DNA of 40,049 nucleotides from Elusimicrobiota bacterium (lineage in GTDB: Bacteria; Elusimicrobiota; Elusimicrobia; 2-01-FULL-59-12), in NCBI GenBank assembly GCA_038241515.1, contig JBBSDO010000002.1, positions 1-40,049 of the forward strand, written 5' to 3'. The notes beneath the pieces were generated by a model. That model was not told the origin of the DNA. It made no database searches and worked only from the letters and a program-made list of their open reading frames with translations. The position numbers and the translations under genes were made by a program. Below, one piece after another: positions 35,901 to 40,049 of the stretch. Positions within the stretch are counted from its first letter, which is position 1; each line of letters begins with the position of its first letter.

Positions 35901-38900
35901 CGCCACTTCGCTCTTCTTCAACTGGGGATCGACTTTTACGATCTCCAACTTTGCCGTGTCCGGGGCGAACGGCCAACTGGTCACGCTGCGTTCCAGCTCG
36001 AATGGCAAAGCGTGGTGGCTTAAGAATACCGGGGCGCAAAGCGTCTCTTTCGTCGATGTCCAAGACTCGAACGCCAGCTTGGGAAATATTATTTACACTT
36101 CCAATTCGACCGACTCCGGAAATAACGTGAATTGGAAGATCGGGCTCTTCACATGGAACGGAAATACGGACACCACCTGGTCGACCGCCACAAACTGGGA
36201 TTCGAATATTGTCCCGAGCGCGGGGGATGCCGCAACGATCCCCAGCTCCGCTTTGGTGATGCCGACCCTTACACAGGCGGTAACCATTTCTACCTTAACG
36301 ATCAATGCGGGGGCCCAGTTGACCTTAGGCGGTTATGGATTGTCGCTTTCCAGCTTCACGAATGCCGGCAATTTTGTCTTCGTGGGTACGGAAGCGGTTA
36401 CGACCGCGCCAAACAACTTACCCGGATCAAGCGTCACCTACACGAGCAACGGCAATTCGATTGTCTTGTCCACTTGGACCTTCCGCAATCTCCTTATCAA
36501 CGGCAACGGGACGTTCAAAGCCACCGGCGCATTGACGGTAAATGAAAACTTGGTTCTCGCGGCGGGGACGCTCGACATGACCGTTACTAATTATGGCCTT
36601 ACCTTAGGCAACAGCTGGACGAACACCGGCGGTTCCTTCCTGGCCCGCCAAGGTCTTCTGACATTCAATGGAACGACCGCAGGGAACTCGATCACCTCTC
36701 GCGGGATCCCTTTTAACCTGGTCACGTGGAACGGATCAGGCGGCTATTGGACCCTGCAGGATACCATGACCGTTATTTCCACCATGACGATTTCGGCGGG
36801 AACGCTCGATACCTCGGTCGCCAATTGCAGTGGTGGAAGTTGCAACATCGCTTTGGGCGGAACTTGGCTGAACAATGGCGCAGGCATTTTTGTGGCCAAT
36901 GGCAGCACCGTCACATTTACCGGTACGGCGGTCGGGCAAAAAATCACGTCGCGCGGCATTCCCTTTTATAGCTTAACCCTCAACGGCGGCGGGAGTGGAT
37001 TCTGGACGCTCCAAGACTCCATGACCGTCGTGGGTAACTTGACGCTGACCGGCGGAAAACTGGATATGTCCGGCGCCAATTGCGCTGGAACAAGCTGCAA
37101 TTTGTCGGTCGCGGGGACGTGGCTCAATAACGGAGGCACATTCCTCTCCCAGCTCAGCACCGTGACTTTAAACGGAACAGCGGCTGGGCAGTCCATCACG
37201 TCCCGCGGGAATGGCTTTAATAACCTCACGTTGAATGGCATCGGTGGGTATTGGACCCTAATCGATTCCATGACTGTCACCTCGACGATGACCATTACTC
37301 AAGGAACGCTTGATGCTTCGGCTTCGAACTGCACCGGCGTGAGCTGCAATATCACGGTCGGAGGGACCTGGTTGACGGGTCCGAGCGGGGTTTTTGTGGT
37401 CAACACCAATACGGTCTTGTTGACTAGCACTTTGGCCAACCAAAAAATAACCTCAGGCGCTAACTCCTTCAATAACGTCACGTTGAATGGAGGCGGAGGG
37501 GTCTGGACCCTTCAGGACCCGCTTACCTTGGTGTCGACGATGACACTGACTGCCGGCACCCTGAACACCGGTTCCAACCAATCGATCACGCTCGGTGGAG
37601 GGTGGGCCAATACCGGCGGTCTCTTCACCGCCAACAGCTCGAACTTCTCCCTCAATGGAAACGCCACGCAGGTGATTAACAATAAAGGCCAGGCCTTCAG
37701 CACATTGGTCGATTCAAACACAACGGCAGGAGGCGTCCTATTTACTTCCAGCTTCTCCGCCACCCTCTTCTCCGTCAATGGGGCGGCACTCGGTTTACCG
37801 ATGGCCGTGCAATTTTTGACGGGGTCCACAGTGACCATTACAAATCTCTCACTGACCGGCGCTAGCAACCAGAACATCACGCTGCGTTCAAGCCTCAATA
37901 CCAAGTCGTGGTGGCTGAAAAACACGGGAACTCAGACTGTCTCTTTTGTGGATGTTCAAGATTCCAATGCCAGCCTTAGCTCAAATCCCATCTATGCCAG
38001 CAATTCGAAGGATTCGGGCAACAACCTGAACTGGAAAATCGGTCAATTCACTTGGCTCGGTACGGTTGACACCAACTGGTCGAACGCCGCCAACTGGGAT
38101 TCCTTAGCCGTTCCAGGCGCCATGGATGGTCCCGCCATTTCCGCAGCCGCAGTACGGATGCCGATCCTCACACAGGCCGTGACGGTTTCAACCTTAACGA
38201 TCACCGCAGGCTCTACAGTGACCTTGAACGGCTTTAGTCTGAATCTTTCCAGTTTCACAAATGCTGGCAGTCTAGTCCTAGTCGGTACGGAAACTGTCAC
38301 GACGGCTCCGAATAACCTCGCGGGATCCAGTGTCACCTACGTCAGCACCGGCAATTCCATCGTCTTATCGACCTGGACGTACCGCAACCTCCTTATTAAT
38401 GGCTCAGGCTCCATGAAAGCCACCGGAGCTTTGACCGTCAGCGAAGGCCTCGCCATCTACGCCGGCTCCTTCAACGCCAATAGCAAAGATATCTCCGTCG
38501 GTTCGAGCTGGATCACAAACGCCGGCGCCTTCATCAATATCTCGACCGTCACCTTTACGGCCACAACCCCTCAAACCCTGCGCTCCAACAACAGCAACTT
38601 CAACAACATCGTCTTTAACGGATCCGGCGGATCGTGGGTCTTGCAAGACTCCATGACCGTTACCTCCACCATGACGATCACTCAAGGCACCCTCGATACT
38701 TCCGCCGCCAACTGCTCCGGCGCTAGCTGCAATATCGCCGTCGCCGGTTCTTGGCTCAATAGCGCCACCTTCACCGCTAACACCAGCACCGTCACTTTCA
38801 CGGGTGCCCTGGCCGGCCAGAAGATTACTTCCGGCGGCAGCAGCTTCAATAACTTGACTATCACCGGCGCCGGAACCTGGACTTTGCAAGACCCCTTGGT

Positions 38901-40049
38901 CTTGACCGCTACGGCCACCTTGACGGCAGGATCCCTTAAAACCGGATCGAATCAACCCATCACACTCGCTGGCGGCTGGGCTAATACCGGCGGCATCTTT
39001 ACGGCGGGCGCCACGACCCTGACGGTCAATGGCGCAGTTCCTCAGCTCATCAATAACAACGGCCAAGCCTTTGGCGTCATCGTCGATTCCAATACCAACA
39101 CCGGCAAAGGACTCGTATTCACATCCAGCTTCTCGGCCACACAGCTCTATGTCAACGCCGCTGGCCTTGCTCAGGCCACCACCATCCAGTTCTTGGCGGG
39201 ATCGACTGACACCATCACCACCCTCACTTTGGCCGGAATGGACGCTTCAAACCCCATCTACCTGCGATCCAGCGCCGCTGGCTCCTCCTGGTTCCTGAAA
39301 AATACCGGATCCGAAACAGTCTCTTTCGCAGACGTCAAAGATTCCAGTGCCACCGCCAACATCATCTACGCCGTCAATTCCACGAATTCCGGCAATAACC
39401 AAAACTGGAACTTCGGCCAGTTCACCTGGAACGGCAATACCGATACCAATTGGTCCAACGTCGCGAACTGGAATTCGAATGCCCTCCCAGGCACGAGCGA
39501 CGTCGCCACCATCCCGGCTTCGGCCACGCGCTGGCCTACTTTGACCCAGCCCGTCACGATCTCGGCTTTAACCATCACCGCCGGCTCCACTGTCACCTTG
39601 AACGGCTTTAACCTCACGCTCAATACCTTGAACAACTCCGGCGCTCTCGTGCTCGTTGGCACAGAAACCGTTTCGAGCGTCCCAACCAACTTGGCAGGTT
39701 CCACCGTCACTTACAACAGCACCGGCACTTCCATTGTCTTGTCCACCTGGACTTACAGAAACCTCTTCATCAACGGCTCCGGCACCTTCAAAGCCACTGG
39801 CCCTCTGACCATCAATGAAAACCTTATGGTGGGGGCCGGGACCTTCGACACGAATAATAAAGATATCACCGCCGCCCAAAGCTGGATCACGACCGGCGGC
39901 TCTTTCATCAACGTCTCGACTGTCACCTTTACCGCCACGACCCCTCAACAGATCACGTCCCGCGGATCCAACTTCGGCAATCTCATCTTGAACGGTTCCG
40001 GCGGATCGTGGGTCCTCCAAGATTCCATGACCGTCACCTCCTCCATGAC
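27079..40049 (+). CDS. giant secreted repeat protein (predicted beta-helix / adhesin-like), 5' portion only; at least 4323 codons with no stop before the window end
   Basis: The frame (coordinate mod 3 = 1) is open from ATG 27079 (GTG 27073 is also in frame) to base 40049. The ORF track lists no frame-1 plus-strand ORF after 27076, as expected if no stop occurs. Spot translations at 27079, 28201, 29920, 31561, 33301, 34741, 36121, 38017, 39361 and 39961 all stay in this frame and give the same motif family (STVTF.G, FNN..LNG.GG.W.LQDSMTV, GTLD). The N-terminus MRTHRILPLGRLLSSLQQSLLRNFALLVGGFLAGIIFTSPLHA|RTF looks like a signal peptide. Confidence 0.9.
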   Translation, partial: MRTHRILPLGRLLSSLQQSLLRNFALLVGGFLAGIIFTSPLHARTFIWNASATGNWSVASNWNINDGTLPGPNDDVRFTTTGGTNRSCNFDVSPSTTVASITIGAGYTTTLAINANCQLESLGSFSMTNGAVVNVKTSNAILNIDGNYSQSLGTINLSGGKELDIGGDFSFTGGIFVPGITATVLFTGGYLGATSQNITGAAANFYNATFQNSAVTWVLQSSITVNHNLYIQFGTLDANTGVAGCNNSSCNILVTGSWQNDDNFTARVGTVTFNGTVNTLGIHNSGNNNFAHLVFNGVGGKWTLYDPIGVNGNLSLTNGTLDTSATSGGNCNGTSCSFTVGNAWTNTGGTFNANGSTVTFNGAIVNQPITSNTNNFNNVTLNGSGSWVLQDTMTVTSTMTITQGTLNPNNKDMGVGGSWLNSGGTFSASASTVTFTATNLQKIQPNNSAFPNVILNGSGGTWTVQNALSVATMTITLGTLNLGNNDVTVSQSWLNNGGAFSFGASTITFTGTTAQKIKSIGRNFNNVILNGAGSWVLQDSMTVTSGLTITQGTLDPSASSYGISIGNNWLNSGTFTARSSTQTFTGSGSGFGIKSNGKPFNDIIFSGAGYWTLQDSMTVSSATLNSGNTLELAGFGAAVSSLTVAGTLVVRGTETITNKPNFLTGSNATYNASAGSPVVLSTWVYQNLTINGDAATIFSVLGGSLTINGNLTLSGGSLDATSTNNYGMGIGGNWTNSGGVFLAQQSTVTFTGTSAGQTITSRGSPFNNSTFNGTGGTWILQDSMTVTSTMTLTAGTLDTGSNQAIGLGGGWANNGGTFLVRGSTLSLTGNVPQLINNKGQALGVLVDSNIVNGLGTVFTSSFSATQLYINTASLGQGTTVQFLATSTSSITTLNLIGSSTNPIYLRSSANGSAWLLKNTGTESVSFVDVRDSSATTNLIYASNSRDSGNNTGWVFGQFIWQGSQDTNWSNSANWNSKAVPSTNDAATISASATRWPTLTQDVTISTLSITAGSTVTLNGFNLTLSSFTNFGTLVFAGTETITTAPLNVAGSTVTYTSLGASLILSTWTYRNLIINGAGTFAVVGTSLTINEDLSINAGTLNSANKDIGIAGNWANNGGSFINMSTVTFMGTASGKGITSRGSNFNNLILNGSLGYWTLQDSMTVVSSMTISAGTLDASTGNCLAGTASCNISVAGTWLNSNTGVFIANTSTVTFNGTLTGQKITSRGNPFYNLSISGGANGFWTLQDSMTVTNNVTLALGKLDASTANCAGASCNLSVAGNWLNNGGTFATQLSTVTFNGTTSGHTITSRGNNFNNVTVNGVSGYWTLQDSMTLTSTMTLTAGTFDTGSNQAIRLTGGWATTAGTFIANGSTLTLVGTNLQVINAKGQTFGVIVDSNTTAGVVVFSSSFTAGQFYLNGSGLGQATTVYFQAGSTATITSFNIIGSASNGVYLRSTTNGNSWSLSNTSTNTVTFANASDSDARLATQIRAVSSTDGGNNKNWNFVGQSGTKQWVGGATTGSNTNWSNGANWDLGVPSTLDTVLILSSATTMPQLTSNVSVANVTIGTAPASLNLNGYNLSNTSNLSNKGNLQLQGGESITPVPSFVAGSSVTYTGDGTSGNFIVYSTWTYSNLVITGTFGNFAVTGAGAMTIGQSLAINSGNVTLPNNNAVNVTGNVAIQGALSNLTLSGSTITVGGNWTIGQASDFTPGNSVLAFSSSNPGRSIQPAGSSFNSVTFSQSGGNWNLAGDMNTTGATINSGAGLTLAGFNLTVSSFTIGGTLTLGGTENVSTKPNNLVGSTVTYNGGGQTIVLSTWSYRNVIINGAGTFKVNGGSLTINESLTLAAGTLDPTVSNYTIGVANNWTNSGGSFLARASTITFTGSSAAGTIQSAGVPFANVQINSIGGAGYWTLLDSMTVTSSMTLTAGTFDTSGSNNLGISLGGNWANLGGTFVTNLSTLTLNGTLAQKVNNNGQAFALLLDSNTSSGGVTFSSSFSATGLTINGSATGLNSATTVYFNAGSTFTITNLTLTGAAAKKVWMRSTLGGKNWMFNNTGANTVTFVDVADSDARPGTLITATNNDTDSGNNKNWNFGTTGQLKTWWGKSDSDWTKGYNWDNGTPSLQDSALIVSTATIMPIMTSNVTISTLTINSGSTVTLSGFNLTLTSFTNAGAFAFYGTEIVSTKPYSMAGSTIAYTGTATSLVLSSWTYRNLVISGNAGLFNVAGGSLTINESINLVAGTLDATASNYTLGVGANWVNSGGSFTAQQSTVSFTGVGTAYTIQSRGNPFGHVQFNSPGGVGYWTLQDSMTVTSSMTFTAGTLDTGSNCAGLGCNLSVGGSWLLKNTGVFVANQSTVTFIGSTVGQRITSGGNSFNHVAFSGAGGYWTLQDAMVIASTLTLAAGTMDGGVQSITLGGGLDNKGGTFVANGSTLTLNGSVPQKINNAFGQAFGVLLDSNTTGGGVTFNSSFTATGLTVNGAAQSSPMMVYFHAGSSYTITNLTLTGSSGQPVTLRSSINGTAWKLKNTGAESASFVDVQDSNASSSANPIYASNSTNSGNNVNWNFGQFTWLGTVDTNWSNAANWNSISVPAANDAASLSPGAPRMPVLTQAVAISTLTIPAGSTVTLNGFSLTLSSFTNAGSVVLVGTEAVSSVPLNLAGSSVTYTSNGTSIVLSTWSYRNLLINGAGTFKASGALTVAENFNINAGTFNSNSKDITVGQDWLTNSGSFINISTVTFTAGGAQQISSRNSNFGNVIFNGAGGYWTLVDSMTIVSTMTITQGTLDTSAASCGGVSCNISVAGTWLVNNSGVFVANTSTVTFNGTVTGQKITSRGSSFNNMTLNGTGGSWTLQDPLTLTSTMTLIAGTLKTGTAQPITLSGGWANTGGLFTASGHTLYLTGANPQYINNRGQGFGVLIDSNTTTGGLIFTSSFSATQLFVNGAGLGSATSLFFNWGSTFTISNFAVSGANGQLVTLRSSSNGKAWWLKNTGAQSVSFVDVQDSNASLGNIIYTSNSTDSGNNVNWKIGLFTWNGNTDTTWSTATNWDSNIVPSAGDAATIPSSALVMPTLTQAVTISTLTINAGAQLTLGGYGLSLSSFTNAGNFVFVGTEAVTTAPNNLPGSSVTYTSNGNSIVLSTWTFRNLLINGNGTFKATGALTVNENLVLAAGTLDMTVTNYGLTLGNSWTNTGGSFLARQGLLTFNGTTAGNSITSRGIPFNLVTWNGSGGYWTLQDTMTVISTMTISAGTLDTSVANCSGGSCNIALGGTWLNNGAGIFVANGSTVTFTGTAVGQKITSRGIPFYSLTLNGGGSGFWTLQDSMTVVGNLTLTGGKLDMSGANCAGTSCNLSVAGTWLNNGGTFLSQLSTVTLNGTAAGQSITSRGNGFNNLTLNGIGGYWTLIDSMTVTSTMTITQGTLDASASNCTGVSCNITVGGTWLTGPSGVFVVNTNTVLLTSTLANQKITSGANSFNNVTLNGGGGVWTLQDPLTLVSTMTLTAGTLNTGSNQSITLGGGWANTGGLFTANSSNFSLNGNATQVINNKGQAFSTLVDSNTTAGGVLFTSSFSATLFSVNGAALGLPMAVQFLTGSTVTITNLSLTGASNQNITLRSSLNTKSWWLKNTGTQTVSFVDVQDSNASLSSNPIYASNSKDSGNNLNWKIGQFTWLGTVDTNWSNAANWDSLAVPGAMDGPAISAAAVRMPILTQAVTVSTLTITAGSTVTLNGFSLNLSSFTNAGSLVLVGTETVTTAPNNLAGSSVTYVSTGNSIVLSTWTYRNLLINGSGSMKATGALTVSEGLAIYAGSFNANSKDISVGSSWITNAGAFINISTVTFTATTPQTLRSNNSNFNNIVFNGSGGSWVLQDSMTVTSTMTITQGTLDTSAANCSGASCNIAVAGSWLNSATFTANTSTVTFTGALAGQKITSGGSSFNNLTITGAGTWTLQDPLVLTATATLTAGSLKTGSNQPITLAGGWANTGGIFTAGATTLTVNGAVPQLINNNGQAFGVIVDSNTNTGKGLVFTSSFSATQLYVNAAGLAQATTIQFLAGSTDTITTLTLAGMDASNPIYLRSSAAGSSWFLKNTGSETVSFADVKDSSATANIIYAVNSTNSGNNQNWNFGQFTWNGNTDTNWSNVANWNSNALPGTSDVATIPASATRWPTLTQPVTISALTITAGSTVTLNGFNLTLNTLNNSGALVLVGTETVSSVPTNLAGSTVTYNSTGTSIVLSTWTYRNLFINGSGTFKATGPLTINENLMVGAGTFDTNNKDITAAQSWITTGGSFINVSTVTFTATTPQQITSRGSNFGNLILNGSGGSWVLQDSMTVTSSM
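28201..28422 (+). repeat. representative sub-repeat unit (74 aa)
   Basis: NFNNVTLNGSGSWVLQDTMTVTSTMTITQGTLNPNNKDMGVGGSWLNSGGTFSASASTVTFTATNLQKIQPNNS. The next unit starts at 28423 (AFPNVILNG...). Confidence 0.75.
29947..31593 (+). repeat. module 2 (549 aa; N-cap, 3 sub-repeats, C-cap)
   Basis: It starts QFIWQGSQDTNWSNSANWNSKAVPSTNDAATI and ends ...GGNNKNWNFVG. WTLQD cores lie near 30545, 30805 and 31055. Confidence 0.7.
31594..33351 (+). repeat. module 3 (586 aa; divergent, with two GFNL-type segments)
   Basis: It starts QSGTKQWVGGATTGSNTNWSNGANWDLGVPSTLD and ends ...DSGNNKNWNFG. GYNL/GFNL segments lie near 31800 and 32370. Confidence 0.65.
33352..34764 (+). repeat. module 4 (471 aa; 2 sub-repeats)
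   Basis: It starts TTGQLKTWWGKSDSDWTKGYNWDNGTPSLQD and ends ...NSGNNVNWNFG. WTLQD cores lie near 33975 and 34225. Confidence 0.7.
34765..36144 (+). repeat. module 5 (460 aa; 2 sub-repeats)
   Basis: It starts QFTWLGTVDTNWSNAANWNSISVPAAND and ends ...DSGNNVNWKIG. Cores lie near 35355 and 35610. Confidence 0.7.
36145..38043 (+). repeat. module 6 (633 aa; 4 sub-repeats)
   Basis: It starts LFTWNGNTDTTWSTATNWDSNIVPSAGD and ends ...DSGNNLNWKIG. Cores lie near 36750, 37000, 37255 and 37505. Confidence 0.7.
38044..39417 (+). repeat. module 7 (458 aa; 2 sub-repeats)
   Basis: It starts QFTWLGTVDTNWSNAANWDSLAVPGAMD and ends ...NSGNNQNWNFG. Cores lie near 38640 and 38880. Confidence 0.7.
39418..40049 (+). 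repeat. module 8 (truncated by the window end)
   Basis: It starts QFTWNGNTDTNWSNVANWNSNALPGTSD and has the same layout as modules 2, 5 and 7 up to the first WVLQDSMTV core at about 40010. Confidence 0.7.

Noticed and set aside
27201-40020. About 60 ORFs of 60-220 aa listed by the track inside the giant gene, for example 27376-27774(-), 30282-30749(-), 37512-37925(-), 38404-39066(-), 39568-40020(-), 31053-31400(+) and 36132-36545(+).
   Set aside because: All are in the five frames other than the continuously open frame 1. Their products are low-complexity (Gly/Ala/Arg/Val/Pro-rich) mirror images of the Thr/Ser/Asn/Gly repeat. Their own periodicity simply follows the sense-strand repeats. None has a start context or a recognisable domain.
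27079-40049. Regular DNA periodicity of about 220-260 nt that could be mistaken for a CRISPR or satellite array.
   Set aside because: The repeats are long, divergent at synonymous positions, stay in one reading frame and encode a coherent protein motif. There are no short identical direct repeats separated by unique spacers.

Overview
This is a bacterial chromosomal window. I recognised no rRNA, tRNA, CRISPR array, transposase or integrase. Positions 1-25.3 kb are ordinary, tightly packed housekeeping DNA. The minus strand carries an edge-truncated ppc, mnmG, an Amidase_3 cell-wall amidase, a Lys-rich small protein and a CDF metal exporter. The plus strand then carries rpmH-rnpA-yidD-yidC-mnmE, a 58-aa tautomerase-like gene (too short for the ORF track), ald, an orphan prepilin-type pseudopilin, a class-II amidotransferase, a REC-HD-GYP response regulator, a cytochrome c/haem block (resB-sirC-ccsA-hemA-hemC), an epimerase/GT-C/GT2 glycosylation cassette and a three-gene ABC-2 transporter. 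From about 25.45 kb the character changes. There is a near-consensus sigma70-type promoter, a roughly 200-nt leader, two small unknown envelope proteins, and then one giant plus-strand ORF. This ORF is in the frame where coordinate mod 3 = 1, starts at ATG 27079, and is still open at the last base (at least 4323 codons). The supplied ORF track omits it because it never reaches a stop. Every ORF the track lists between 27.2 and 40 kb is an off-frame or antisense artefact of it. The product has a signal peptide, is rich in Thr/Ser/Asn/Gly and is almost free of charged residues. It has a two-level repeat architecture: at least 8 head-to-tail modules, each with its own N-cap and C-cap, whose lengths are set by the number (2, 3 or 4) of roughly 85-aa sub-repeats. 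Cys residues in the translated stretches occur mainly as C-x(3-6)-C pairs. I regard this gene plus its two upstream partners, and possibly the neighbouring glycosylation and ABC cassettes, as the candidate undescribed system; its function is inference only. Smaller oddities are a REP-like palindrome family with one copy in frame inside hemC, a nested MITE-like palindrome flanked by 9-bp direct repeats, three intergenic hairpins whose arms are tandem oligomers, and -10-like boxes that abut start codons lacking a Shine-Dalgarno (SD) sequence.
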